NCBI GenBank assembly: GCA_964450895.1
Contig: CAYVGW010000001.1
Coordinates: 9,259 to 73,258 of the forward strand
Origin: an uncultured Terracidiphilus sp.
GTDB taxonomy: Bacteria; Acidobacteriota; Terriglobia; Terriglobales; Acidobacteriaceae
Direction: 5' to 3'
Length of the DNA stretch: 64,000 nucleotides
In this document: piece after piece, positions 38,295 to 50,015 of the stretch
Layout: each line of letters starts with the position of its first letter
Numbering within the stretch: position 1 is the stretch's first letter
The notes under the pieces: model-generated
Told to the model about the DNA's origin: nothing
The model's database searches: none
The model's input: only the letters and a program-made list of their open reading frames with translations
Program-made: the position numbers and the translations under genes

Positions 38295-39755
38295 CTATGG
38301 ACGTTTTGCCTGCAACAAAACGACGCCATGGGGCGGCACCACTGAGGAATAGGCATGATTGAATCTGCCAAGGTTTTTGTGTTGCCAGAGATCGCGCAGG
38401 GACTGTTCTCCACTCAGCCCGCTTTCGCTCCAATTCAAGGTCACAGTTGCCTCCGTTGAACTGCGATTGAAGAGGCCGATCGCTTTCGAGCCGTGCTCCA
38501 AATCCTTCACCCAGACCTCCAGCCCATTCTGCTGCGACACCCGTTTCGCACCCAAGCCAAGAGGGTCCTGATCGATAGACAGAACTTCATCGTTGGTCAG
38601 CAAAGATGTGGTCCACGCATCGTTATCGGGCAGGTTCATGCCCAGCATCAGCGGCGAGGAATTCAGCGACCACAAAGTCATCAGCGCGCGCTGTTCGTCC
38701 TGCGTAAAGCGGGTTTGGTGCTCCTTGGAATTGGTCCAGCATCGGATGCTCAGGTGGCCGAACGGGATCATGTCGGCATCGGGGTAGTGTCCCGGCCCAC
38801 CCACGCCCTGCCACGATCCAAGCAGGTCGAACTGGGCATCGAGCTTCTTCCATTCGTCCCAGAAATCGCCAGAGATGCGCCACATGTTCGCCTGGTTCTT
38901 CACATGAGAAGCGTGGGCTACGCCGGTTGGGCCGGGGGATGTGCTGAAGAGGATGTGGCGTCCGGAGTGGTCGATGGCCTTGCGGATCATCTCGATCTCT
39001 TCTTTGTGATAGCCATTCGAGAGGTCATCGACCTTGACGAAGTCCAGGCCCCAGGAGGCGTAGAGCCGGAAGATCGAGTCATACCAGGCTTGCCCGGCGG
39101 CGGTCGCGCGGACGCCGAACATGTCCGGGCACCAGCCGCATGTGTCCGTGGTATCCGCTGCATCGGCGGCGGTGAAGGAACTGCCTTCAATCGGCGTCTT
39201 CGCATACACCGCCTGCCGCGGTATTCCGCGCATGATGTGGATGCCAAACTTCAAATGCAGCTCGTGCAGCCGGTCGGCCAGCGGTTTGAATCCCCGTCCG
39301 TTCGCGGACGACGGGAAGCGGTTCACGGCAGGAACAAGGCGGCCATAGGCGTCTGCGGCGAGTACGGCGCCGATGCGATCTTTCGTCAGGTCGTTGTCGT
39401 CATAAGTCGTCACGGAGTCGTACCAGCGGAAGTCGACGACTACATAGCTCCAGCCATGGGCGAGCAGATGGTCCTTCATGTACTGAGCGTTGGCCAGGGT
39501 CTCTTGTTCGGTGACGCTGTCGCCGAAGGCATCGTAGCTGTTCCAGCCCATGGGCGGGGTTTGCGCCCATTTCCAATAATCGGGATCGGCTTCCATGCTT
39601 GCGGACGAGGAGTTGCCGGCGACCGAAGAAAAATGCGCTGGCGCCGCGGGGCAGAAATTCAAGAGATGACTCTGCCCCATCGCGAAGGGGATGTCTCCCA
39701 GCAAGAAAACGAGCCATAGAGCGATTGACGGCACTGGACTCTTCGGACTGATCAT
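38295..39755 (-). CDS. Glycoside hydrolase family 27 (alpha-galactosidase / beta-L-arabinopyranosidase-like), secreted
   Basis: TPPMGWNSY, LKFGIHIMRG, WGLDFVKVDD, MWRISGDFWD, PDADM, IDQDPLG, RDLW; start uncertain. Confidence 0.92.
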   Translation of the reverse strand: MISPKSPVPSIALWLVFLLGDIPFAMGQSHLLNFCPAAPAHFSSVAGNSSSASMEADPDYWKWAQTPPMGWNSYDAFGDSVTEQETLANAQYMKDHLLAHGWSYVVVDFRWYDSVTTYDDNDLTKDRIGAVLAADAYGRLVPAVNRFPSSANGRGFKPLADRLHELHLKFGIHIMRGIPRQAVYAKTPIEGSSFTAADAADTTDTCGWCPDMFGVRATAAGQAWYDSIFRLYASWGLDFVKVDDLSNGYHKEEIEMIRKAIDHSGRHILFSTSPGPTGVAHASHVKNQANMWRISGDFWDEWKKLDAQFDLLGSWQGVGGPGHYPDADMIPFGHLSIRCWTNSKEHQTRFTQDEQRALMTLWSLNSSPLMLGMNLPDNDAWTTSLLTNDEVLSIDQDPLGLGAKRVSQQNGLEVWVKDLEHGSKAIGLFNRSSTEATVTLNWSESGLSGEQSLRDLWQHKNLGRFNHAYSSVVPPHGVVLLQAKRP

Positions 39756-40103
39756 GTGGATAGCGTATATCGGCGCGAATCGATTTGGAAAGGAGTAAAG
39801 CGGAATTGCGCTACCCGCCGCACGCATTGCCGGCACTCACGACATCCTGGCAGCAAAGGAATCATTCTCTGTTGAGTCTTGCACCGGCGTAGCCGATCCG
39901 CGAGAGATGAAACAGGCGTGGGCGGGAAGGCCCACAGGACAGCCGCTCCCGAGACCGGCGCTCCAAAACACGGTGGCTGTGCGCGCGGGATGATTCCTGC
40001 CTTGGGCGGGATTTTTTCTGGCGGCCCGAAAGGATTCCGGCCCTTCGCGCCGTGATGGCCAACGTTTTGAATCGCCGGGAAATCTTGGTATGCTTGCTGG
40101 CAC

Positions 40104-40901
40104 ATGGAGATTGCGGCGATACGCACGGTGGGGCTGACGCGGCGCTTTGGGGCGCTGACGGCGGTGGAAGAGGTGAGTTTGAGCGTGGCTCCGGGGCAGT
40201 TTTTCGGCTTTTTGGGGCCGAATGGAGCGGGCAAATCCACCACCATTAAAATGCTGACCGGCCTGTTGGAGCCGACGGCGGGCCGGGTGGAGATTCTGGG
40301 GCAGCCGTTTACGGCGGGGTCGCTCGAATTGAAGCGGCAGATCGGCGTGGTGCCGGAGGGGATGGCCTTGCTGGGGCGGCTGACGGCGCGCGAGTACCTG
40401 CGCTTTGTGGGGCGGATGTACGGGCTGGACCGGGAGACGACGCGCCAGCGGACCGACGAGCTGCTGGAGTTCATGCAATTGGCTGGGGACGGGCGCAAGC
40501 TGGTGACCGATTTTTCGCACGGAATGCAGCGCAAGCTGGCCATGGCGGCGGCCGTGATTCATGGGCCTAAAGTGCTGTTTCTGGATGAGCCGTTCGAGGG
40601 CGTGGACGCGATTGCGGCGGGGATGCTGAAGACGATGCTGCAAGGGATGCTGTCGCGCGGGGCGACGATTTTTTTGACCACGCATGTGCTGGAGATTGTG
40701 GAGCGCCTGTGCAGCCATGTGGCGATCATCAACAAGGGGCGGCTGGTGGCCAATGGGCCGATGGAGGAGCTGCGGGCGGGGGTGCTTTCGACCCTGCCCG
40801 ACGCCGAGCGCGAGCAGCGGCTGACGCTGGAGGAGATCTTTCTCTCGATTGTGGGAGCGGGCGGCGGGGAGCCGGCGCAGGAGCTTTCATGGCTGGCGTA
40901 A
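40104..40901 (+). CDS. ABC transporter ATP-binding protein
   Basis: GPNGAGKST, FSHGM, LFLDEP, TTH. Confidence 0.95.
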   Translation: MEIAAIRTVGLTRRFGALTAVEEVSLSVAPGQFFGFLGPNGAGKSTTIKMLTGLLEPTAGRVEILGQPFTAGSLELKRQIGVVPEGMALLGRLTAREYLRFVGRMYGLDRETTRQRTDELLEFMQLAGDGRKLVTDFSHGMQRKLAMAAAVIHGPKVLFLDEPFEGVDAIAAGMLKTMLQGMLSRGATIFLTTHVLEIVERLCSHVAIINKGRLVANGPMEELRAGVLSTLPDAEREQRLTLEEIFLSIVGAGGGEPAQELSWLA

Positions 40902-42628
40902 GCCCGAACGGGGCAGGATTCGATCTGGCCGAGCTGGGCGCCGAGGTGACCAGCGCTTCGTCGCGGGCGCAGTATGCGGCGATGGGCGCGCTGCGCTGGC
41001 ATATCTTCGTCAATGGGTTGCGCACCAAAATGGGGGTCTTTGAGCTGGGCGCCCGCACCGTGACGTACCTTGTTTTTGGCAGCTTTGGGCTGGCTCTGGG
41101 CGCGGTGTCGGGGGTGGGCGCTTATCTGCTGGCCTCGGGCGGGAAGTGGCTCTTTCTGCCCCTGATCTTCTGGACGCTGTGTTTGCTCTGGCAGGGAGGG
41201 CCGGTGATGCTGGCCTCGATGCAGGAGCAGTTTGACCTGGGCATTCTGCTGCGCTTTCCGGTGCGCTTCAGCACGTATTATCTGCTGTACGTGGTCTTTG
41301 GGCTGGCGGATGTTTCGACAATTCTGGGCGGGTTGTGCTGCCTGGGGATCTGGATCGGCGTTACGGTGGCGCGGCCGGAGCTGTGGGCCTGGGCGGCGCT
41401 GGGGCTGGTGGGCTTTGCGGCCTTCAACGTGCTTCTGGTGCGCGCTGTTTTTGCGTGGATCGACCGCTGGCTGACGCAGCGCAAGACACGGGAGATTGTG
41501 GGCGCGCTCTTCATGGTTCTTTTGATGAGCCTGCAACTGCTGAACCCGGCGCTGCGCGCAAAGCAGCCCGCCCGCGCGGTGGCCGACGGCTCGCAGCAGA
41601 TGAGCAACGCCTTCAAAGCCCGCAACGCGGCCTGGGTGAGGCCCATCTATCAAGCGCAAGACTGGACGCCGCCGGGGCTGGTGACGCGGAGCTTGCGCGC
41701 GGAGGTGCTGGAGCGTCCGGGGCAGGCGCTGCTCTCGCTGGGCGCGCTGGGGTTGTGGGTGCTGGCCGCCGGCGGCGTGCTGGCGCGACGGCTGCGGGCC
41801 GAGTATCGCGGCGAAGATCTGAGCTGGGCGCCCACCCGCACCAAAGCCGCCGCGGCGCGGGCCGCAAGCCTGCCGCTGGAGACCGGATGGCGCTTTGGCG
41901 GCTCCAGCCCCCTGATCCCGCTGATGGAAAAGGAGGCGCGGGCGCTCAGGCGCACCTTGCCGCTGCTGTGGGCCTTGTGCGCGCCGATCTTCATGGTTCT
42001 GCTCATGGCCAGCCTGAATCGCGGCAGCCCCGCGGGGTTTTCCTTCCCCTTCGCGCTGCCGCTCTATGTGGCCTTTGCGCTGATGGGCTTTACGCAGTTG
42101 TTTTCCAACAATCTGGGCGCGGAGGGAGCGGGAATTCAACTGCTTTTTCTCTCTCCCACGCCGATACGCACGGTTTTTTTGGCTAAAAATCTCTTTCACG
42201 CGCTGCTGTTCTGCCTGGACGCTCTGCTGGTGGGCGCGCTGGCCGCGGTGCGCACGGGAGCGCCGCAGGGCGTGGTGGCGGCGGCGACGGCGGCGTGGGT
42301 TCTCTTTGCGCTGCCCTGCTGCCTGGCCGTGGGAAATATCTTTTCGCTGCGCATGCCCTTCCGCATCCATCCCGGCAAGATGACGCGGCAGCGCGGCTCG
42401 CAGGCCAACGCGCTCTCCAGCCTGGCGCTGCTGCTGACAGTCATGGCCGTGGGCGCGGGGGTCATCTGGCTGAGCTGGGCTTTGGATGCTCCCTGGCTGG
42501 CGGTGCTGCTGTTGGTGCTGGCCGCGGCGGCGGCGATTGGCGGATGGCTGCGCGGGCTGCGCGCCGTGGACGCGCTCGCCAACCAACGCCGCGAGGCGCT
42601 GCTGGCGGCGCTGATGAAGACGGAATAA
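40889..42628 (+). CDS. ABC-2-type permease-like polytopic membrane protein
   Basis: Many hydrophobic segments in two halves; LSPTPIRTVFLAKN; overlaps the ATPase stop. Confidence 0.82.
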   Translation: MAGVSPNGAGFDLAELGAEVTSASSRAQYAAMGALRWHIFVNGLRTKMGVFELGARTVTYLVFGSFGLALGAVSGVGAYLLASGGKWLFLPLIFWTLCLLWQGGPVMLASMQEQFDLGILLRFPVRFSTYYLLYVVFGLADVSTILGGLCCLGIWIGVTVARPELWAWAALGLVGFAAFNVLLVRAVFAWIDRWLTQRKTREIVGALFMVLLMSLQLLNPALRAKQPARAVADGSQQMSNAFKARNAAWVRPIYQAQDWTPPGLVTRSLRAEVLERPGQALLSLGALGLWVLAAGGVLARRLRAEYRGEDLSWAPTRTKAAAARAASLPLETGWRFGGSSPLIPLMEKEARALRRTLPLLWALCAPIFMVLLMASLNRGSPAGFSFPFALPLYVAFALMGFTQLFSNNLGAEGAGIQLLFLSPTPIRTVFLAKNLFHALLFCLDALLVGALAAVRTGAPQGVVAAATAAWVLFALPCCLAVGNIFSLRMPFRIHPGKMTRQRGSQANALSSLALLLTVMAVGAGVIWLSWALDAPWLAVLLLVLAAAAAIGGWLRGLRAVDALANQRREALLAALMKTE

Positions 42629-42762
42629 CAGGGGTCAGGGAACAGGGAAAGGCATCTCTTTCTGTCTCTGCTCTCCCTGACTTTGACCAGGATGGAAGCA
42701 AAATTCAAACCAATGAAGTTTGCAGGCGAACCTGTTCCCTATTCCCTGATCCCTGATCCCTG
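42628..42762. repeat. Inverted pair of heptamer repeats between convergent genes
   Basis: ACAGGGG TCAGGGA ACAGGGA ... TCCCTAT TCCCTGA TCCCTGA TCCCTG. Confidence 0.6.
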
Positions 42763-42765
42763 CAC

Positions 42766-43245
42766 TTAAAACGGTATATCGTCGTCGGAGATCTCCGCCT
42801 GCTGGGCGTAGTCGTCCGGGGCGCTGGAGGCCGAGGAGCGCTGATCGTAGCTGGAAGCCGGCGCCGGGGCGCTGGCCGGCCGGCTGTAACCGCCTCCGGA
42901 GCCTTCCTCGCGGGCAGAGAGCAGGGAGAGGTCGTTGACGATGATTTCGGTGCGGTAGACCTTCTTCTTGGTCTCCTTGTCTTCCCAATTACGCGTGGTC
43001 AGGCGGCCCTCAATGAACAGCTTGCTGCCTTTTTTCACGTAATCCCGCACGATTTCCGCTACCTTGCCATAGGCGGTTACGTTGTGCCATTCGGTTTTGT
43101 CGGTCCAGTTTCCGGCTGCATCTTTCTGCCGCTCACTGGTCGCGAGACCAAAACTGGCCACCATGGTGCCGTTGGCTGTGGCGCGAATCTCTGGATCCTT
43201 GCCGATATTGCCTAATAGGAAGACTTTGTTGACGCTTTTGGCCAT
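42766..43245 (-). CDS. ssb: Single-stranded DNA-binding protein
   Basis: SVNKVFLLGNIGKDPE, TEWH, IEGRL, C-terminal DDDIPF. Confidence 0.97.
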   Translation of the reverse strand: MAKSVNKVFLLGNIGKDPEIRATANGTMVASFGLATSERQKDAAGNWTDKTEWHNVTAYGKVAEIVRDYVKKGSKLFIEGRLTTRNWEDKETKKKVYRTEIIVNDLSLLSAREEGSGGGYSRPASAPAPASSYDQRSSASSAPDDYAQQAEISDDDIPF

Positions 43246-43304
43246 GTTCGTTTACTCCGTTCATCGAAAAGAATAGCAGAGGATTCGTGGATAATGAAAA
43301 ACCA

Positions 43305-43556
43305 TTAACGGCGGCGGGCGTGGTTGCGCAGAGTCTTGGCCGCGCCGAGGACCGTCAGCAGGCTGCCAAAGGGAAGGCACATCAGCGCGACGATCAGGGC
43401 TATCCAGCCCAGATTGGTGCGGGCGCCGGTGGCCGAGAAGCCGCCCAGCAGGGTCAGGAGCAGCAGGACGGCCAGAAAGCCTACAGCGAGCATCAACAGG
43501 CCCGCGCGGAGAATGGGACAGGCTCCGTCGCGGGGCGGGTTCGGATTTACCGGCAT
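43305..43556 (-). CDS. Small two-helix membrane protein, hypothetical
   Basis: Two hydrophobic segments, basic C-terminus, co-oriented with neighbours. Confidence 0.55.
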   Translation of the reverse strand: MPVNPNPPRDGACPILRAGLLMLAVGFLAVLLLLTLLGGFSATGARTNLGWIALIVALMCLPFGSLLTVLGAAKTLRNHARRR

Positions 43557-43597
43557 GATTGATCTTACCAATGGAAGGCGAGTTGAAGTTCGCGGAT

Positions 43598-43639
43598 TCC
43601 CACCCATCCGCAAAAAACGCGGATGGATGGGGCACCCAG
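43598..43639 (-). repeat. GGGTGCCCC...TGGGA hairpin repeat (family 2)
   Basis: Reverse complement CTGGGTGCCCCATCCATCCGCG...GCGGATGGGTGGGA. Confidence 0.7.
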
Positions 43640-43667
43640 CATTTTTTCTACTCCCTACTCCCTATTT

Positions 43668-43709
43668 ACTGTCTACTGTTCACTGTCCACTGACCACTGT
43701 TCACTGTCC
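43668..43709. repeat. Heptamer tandem repeat (ACTGWCN-type)
   Basis: ACTGTCT ACTGTTC ACTGTCC ACTGACC ACTGTTC ACTGTCC; overlaps DUF420 stop. Confidence 0.78.
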
Positions 43710-44249
43710 TTGCGCCACGCGCAGCATTGCCCAGGTGAGGACGCCAGTAACGGAGACGTAGAGCCAGAGCGGCAGGGTCCAGCGGGCAATTTTGCGGTGC
43801 TGCGGAATGCGCCCGGTGAGCGAGAAGAAGAAGGTGGCCAGAATCAGCGGCAGGGCGACGATGGCCAGGAGGATGTGGCTGGCTAGCAGCGGCAGATAGA
43901 CGCCGCGCAGGGCTGCATGAAGCGGGTAGCGGACATCGCCGTGCAGCGCGTGATGGAGGATGTAGCTGGCCAGAAAGAGCGTCGAAAAGAGGAAAGCGGC
44001 GCACATGGCCGCGCGGTGGGCCGAAATGCGGCGGGCGCGGATGAGGGTATAGCCGATGAGCAGAGCAATGGCGCTCAGCCCGTTGAGCAGGGCGTTCAGC
44101 GCGGGCAGGAAGGCCAAGCGCGCGTTGGCCTGATCGGCGGCGGGATGGAGGTAGATCAGCCAGAAGAGAAAGGCCGAGGCCGACGCGCTGACGGCGAGAA
44201 TGGCGGCGATGGCGGGACCGGTCTTCGATTGCGCGGCTGCGGTGGTCAT
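43701..44249 (-). CDS. DUF420 membrane protein
   Basis: LPALNALLNG, HRAAM, FLASYILHH, SHILLA, HRKIARWTLPLWLYVSVTG; follows cyoE. Confidence 0.9.
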   Translation of the reverse strand: MTTAAAQSKTGPAIAAILAVSASASAFLFWLIYLHPAADQANARLAFLPALNALLNGLSAIALLIGYTLIRARRISAHRAAMCAAFLFSTLFLASYILHHALHGDVRYPLHAALRGVYLPLLASHILLAIVALPLILATFFFSLTGRIPQHRKIARWTLPLWLYVSVTGVLTWAMLRVAQGQ

Positions 44250-44256
44250 GGCTTCC

Positions 44257-45246
44257 TCAAACTTTCGCGACGGCGCAAAGCATCAGCGCGGTGAAGAGCA
44301 GGGGCAGGTAGAGGACGCTGATCTTGAGCAGATCGCGAGCCAGTTTGCGGCTTTCGTCTTCGTCCTCTACGCGCAGGATGCGGGCGAATCGAATCGTGTA
44401 GGCGAGATAGAGCAAACCGAGCAGCGAGGCCAGGATGGCGTAGGTAAGATTGGCCTCGCCCAGCAGCCAGGGGGCCAGGCTGACGGGGAGCATAAGGACC
44501 GCGAAGAAGAGCGCCTGCGCGACGGTGGAGAGGCCGTCCGGCTGAACGACGGGGAGCATGCGAATCCCGGCGCGGGCGTAGTCCTCGCGGTAGAGCCATG
44601 CGATGGACATGAAGTGCGGGAACTGCCAGACAAAGAGGATCGCGAAGAGGGCCGCGCCCGGAGCTTCGATCTGGCCGCGCGCCGCCGTCCAGCCAAGCAG
44701 CGGTCCCATGGCGCCGGGAAATGCGCCGATGATGGTGGCCAGCGCCGTGAAGCGCTTGAGCGGCGTATAGATGGCGACGTAGGTGAAGGCGGTCAGCAGA
44801 GCCAGGGCGACGGTGAGAAGGTTGGAGCGGTCGGCCAGCCAGCCCGCGCCCAGCAGGAGTGCGCCCAGGCCGGCCAGGACGCCCTGGGCGAGAGTCCAGC
44901 GTCCGGCGGCCATCGGGCGGTTGGCGGTGCGCTTCATGCGCGCGTCGATCTTGCGCTCCAGGGCCTCGTTGAGCGCGCCCGCACCGGCCGAGACCAGGCC
45001 GATGCCGAGCAGCGTGTCGAGAAGGCCGCGCTGCATACTGGTGATGCCCGATTGCAGCGAGCCGAGATAAAAGCCGCCCCAGCCGGTGACCAGCACCAGC
45101 GCGACAACCTTGAGCTTGAAGAGCTCGCGCAGATCGTGGATCAGTGTGGCCGTGGCCCCGGCTTCCAGCGCGTGGCCGTGCGGAGCGCTTTGGGTGGCGG
45201 CCGCGGCGAGTTCGGTGGAAAGTTCAGCCTGTGAGAGTGGGTTCAC
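44257..45246 (-). CDS. cyoE: Protoheme IX farnesyltransferase (heme O synthase)
   Basis: NEALERKIDARMKRTANRP, YTPLKR, WQFPHF, DYARAGIRMLP. Confidence 0.95.
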   Translation of the reverse strand: MNPLSQAELSTELAAAATQSAPHGHALEAGATATLIHDLRELFKLKVVALVLVTGWGGFYLGSLQSGITSMQRGLLDTLLGIGLVSAGAGALNEALERKIDARMKRTANRPMAAGRWTLAQGVLAGLGALLLGAGWLADRSNLLTVALALLTAFTYVAIYTPLKRFTALATIIGAFPGAMGPLLGWTAARGQIEAPGAALFAILFVWQFPHFMSIAWLYREDYARAGIRMLPVVQPDGLSTVAQALFFAVLMLPVSLAPWLLGEANLTYAILASLLGLLYLAYTIRFARILRVEDEDESRKLARDLLKISVLYLPLLFTALMLCAVAKV

Positions 45247-45257
45247 GGTGAGACCTT

Positions 45258-45293
45258 AGCGGGAGAGAGCGGATTGGGTTGCTCTCTCCCGCT
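45258..45293. terminator. Stem-loop between rph and cyoE
   Basis: AGCGGGAGAGAGC / GCTCTCTCCCGCT 13-bp stem; no clear U-tract. Confidence 0.45.
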
Positions 45294-45369
45294 TGTGTCG
45301 ATGATAACAAGCGGCGGAGCGAAGTAGTTTGATTGATTTGGGTTGGGGTTCACGGAGTAATCGGCTGGA

Positions 45370-46107
<738 letters not shown>

Positions 46108-46370
46108 GAAGAGATTGTACGGGAGCGGGGTAACTGGGAGGGGGTCAAAGTGGTTAACACTCTCCAATCCCAAGATGGGAATTCTCTAATCTTCTAGCCC
46201 AGAGCCGGAATCTCTTCTTAACTCACTGAAATCATGTGTTTTGTCTTTGTCGCCTCCGGCTTGTATTCCCATTTCGGGATTGTTTTCCACATTTTGGTTC
46301 CCAAGAGCGTCTGTGGGAATAAGAGGATAATCACTTCCCTTATCAGGAACTTAAACCTCCTGTTCTGGTT

Positions 46371-46386
46371 TGGCACGCCGCGTGTA
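46371..46386 (+). promoter_or_regulatory. Candidate sigma-54 -24/-12 promoter
   Basis: TGGCACG-CCGC-GTGTA: perfect -24, imperfect -12 (GT for GC); lies upstream of a kinase and a sigma-54 activator. Confidence 0.5.
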
Positions 46387-46490
46387 ATAGAAAGGGACAA
46401 CAACCTATGTAGAGGCAGGAACGGGAATACGGGAATACGGGGACTGGGGACCAAGGGACACGGATCAGAGTGAAGTGACAGGGATTTGAA

Positions 46491-46522
46491 ACTGTCCACT
46501 GTCCACTGACCACTGTCCACTG
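46491..46522. repeat. Heptamer tandem repeat (ACTGWCC)
   Basis: ACTGTCC ACTGTCC ACTGACC ACTGTCC ACTG. Confidence 0.8.
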
Positions 46523-46543
46523 GCAAGAAGGAAAGGAAGCGTC

Positions 46544-47536
46544 ATGCAACAGACGATGCGCACAGCGGAATTCATTCCGGCCGGACCGGCCACGGCGGGT
46601 CTGACCGAAACGGCAGCAGGCGCCACCGAGGCCGGGCTGGCGCCCTTTGACGCGTCCAAAGGGAAGGGCGTGCGCTCCGAGCGCAAGCGGGTCGAGGCGA
46701 TCGTCGAGACGCTCTCCAACCTGCGCGGTACGAGCGAGAACCTGGCCGAGGTGGCCCACGACGCGCGGAATATGGTGACGGCGCTGGGGTTGTACTGCGA
46801 TCTGCTGGAGGAGCCGGGGGTGCTGAATCCAGCCTTTCATCACTATGGCGGCGAACTGCGTCTGGTGGCCACGGCCAGCCGGCGGCTGGTAGAGAAGCTG
46901 GTAGCCCTGGATGCGCGCGCGGGAGTTTCGCGCGACGCTGCTCCGGCCATGACTCAGAACAAGGCGGACGGGAGTGGCGGGAGAGAATTGCCGACTGCAT
47001 CCCGGCCTGGCCACGCGCACCGCTGGGATCTGATGCCCGCCGAACCGGTCAGCGATCTGGCCGCGGAGTTGCGGGCCAACCGTAATCTGCTCTCGGCGCT
47101 GGCCGGACCCGCGATTGCGCTTACCGCGGAGGCGGAATGCGGCGCGCGGGCGGTGTGGCTGACGAGCGAGGATTTGACGCGGATTCTGGTCAACCTGGTC
47201 AAAAACGCCGCCGAGGCGATGCCCGAGGGGGGAAGCATCCGGCTTGGCCTGCGGGAGCGCTTGGCTTCCAACGGCACAGCAGAGGGCGTAACGCTCACCG
47301 TGGAGGATAGCGGGCCGGGAGTTCCCCTCGGAACGTTGGACAAGATCTTCGACTCCGGCTACACCACCCGCGCGGGAGGCTCCGGCCGTTCGGGCGAAAC
47401 CCCTGCCAGCCATCGCGGACTGGGCCTTTGCATCACGCGCTCCATCGTCGAAGCTGCCGGCGGCAGCATTCATGTCATCAATCTGGTTCCTACCGGAGCC
47501 CGCTTCGAGATCCATCTGCCCGTCCGCTCCCGTTAA
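46544..47536 (+). CDS. Cytoplasmic histidine kinase with no evident sensor domain
   Basis: H-box EVAHDARN, N-box NLVKNAAEAM, G1 EDSGPG, F-box IFDSGYTT, G2 GLGL. Confidence 0.88.
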   Translation: MQQTMRTAEFIPAGPATAGLTETAAGATEAGLAPFDASKGKGVRSERKRVEAIVETLSNLRGTSENLAEVAHDARNMVTALGLYCDLLEEPGVLNPAFHHYGGELRLVATASRRLVEKLVALDARAGVSRDAAPAMTQNKADGSGGRELPTASRPGHAHRWDLMPAEPVSDLAAELRANRNLLSALAGPAIALTAEAECGARAVWLTSEDLTRILVNLVKNAAEAMPEGGSIRLGLRERLASNGTAEGVTLTVEDSGPGVPLGTLDKIFDSGYTTRAGGSGRSGETPASHRGLGLCITRSIVEAAGGSIHVINLVPTGARFEIHLPVRSR

Positions 47537-47633
47537 GGAGCGGCCATGCAGCGCGGCGCGCTGGCTGGGAAAAAGACTGGCCTGCGTCAACCTTCAACCT
47601 TCCTATTACCTTTTTGCGCGTGAGGCGATTACA

Positions 47634-49097
<1,464 letters not shown>

Positions 49098-49239
49098 GCG
49101 CCCCGGATTCAAGCCGGAACCGATCACGCCGATAGGTTAATTACGGGAATACCCAACGCTCCAGCCGGGAAATCTGGCCGCGAGCCGCACACCCGCCCAG
49201 AGCCGCAGACCGGCCAGTGGCATTCAAGAGGAGTTCGGA

Positions 49240-49755
49240 ATGAGCATTCTGATTGTGACTGGAATTGAAGGCGCCCGTAACTGCGCCGCCGTGGTGGCAG
49301 CGCAACTGGGCATGGAGGTCGAAGTGGCCGATGGACGCAAGATGGCGCTGGCCGCGCTGCGCCGCCGCGAGTTTGCCGCCGTGGTGGTGGATGAGACGAT
49401 GGCCGAGTGCGACCCGGCCTCGGCGGAGACCATCTGGGAGCACGCCGGATTGGCCATACCGTTGCAGATCAACTTCGCTCTTGCGGGCGCTTCGCGTCTG
49501 ATCCGCGAGATTCGCTCCGCCCTGCATCGCCGCGAACGGGAGCAGTCGCTGGCCCGCCGCGCCGCCGCCGCCGCCATCGAGACCGAGCTGAAGTCCACCG
49601 TCGCCGGCCTGCTGCTGCACTCGCAACTGGCGCTCAATGGCAACGAGGTGCCCGCGCCGGTGGCCGAGCGGATGCGCGTGGTGGCCGATCTGGCCGGCAG
49701 CCTGCGCCAGCAGTTGAGCGCGCCGCTGATGGCCCGCATCGACAACGCCGCCTGA
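49240..49755 (+). CDS. Hypothetical protein: receiver-like fold plus degenerate HisKA-like helices
   Basis: GAGGAG RBS; SILIV...VEVA...ALAALRRREFAAVVVD; C-terminal IETELKSTVAGLLLHSQLAL. Confidence 0.75.
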   Translation: MSILIVTGIEGARNCAAVVAAQLGMEVEVADGRKMALAALRRREFAAVVVDETMAECDPASAETIWEHAGLAIPLQINFALAGASRLIREIRSALHRREREQSLARRAAAAAIETELKSTVAGLLLHSQLALNGNEVPAPVAERMRVVADLAGSLRQQLSAPLMARIDNAA

Positions 49756-49925
49756 GCCACCTGCGGTGGGGCCAGTTGCTCGCTATTCGCTCGCATGGGG
49801 TTCATAGATACCGCCGCGACAGGTCTTCGGCGCTGCGATGGAGAGAAAAGGCGCGGGTATAAAATCTGTTCTCCTCGGCAGTACTGCCGAGAAGGACAAA
49901 AACATTCATTGCGTTGCACGCGCAT

Positions 49926-49957
49926 CGCCGGGGCGATCGTTGCCCCGGCGTTTTTTT
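49926..49957 (+). terminator. Rho-independent terminator
   Basis: CGCCGGGGC/GCCCCGGCG stem followed by T7. Confidence 0.85.
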
Positions 49958-50015
49958 GCCCGGTATTTTGTCTGGAATCCTTTACTTTTGCCCTTCTGGC
50001 GGTTAAAACTGCAAT

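Noticed and set aside
39840..40090. Possible riboswitch in the GH27/ABC divergent gap
   Set aside because: GC-rich with short hairpins but no aptamer consensus I can recognise
42766..43245. ssb as a prophage or ICE marker
   Set aside because: Canonical DDDIPF tail and housekeeping neighbours (cyoE, rph); no phage or conjugation genes
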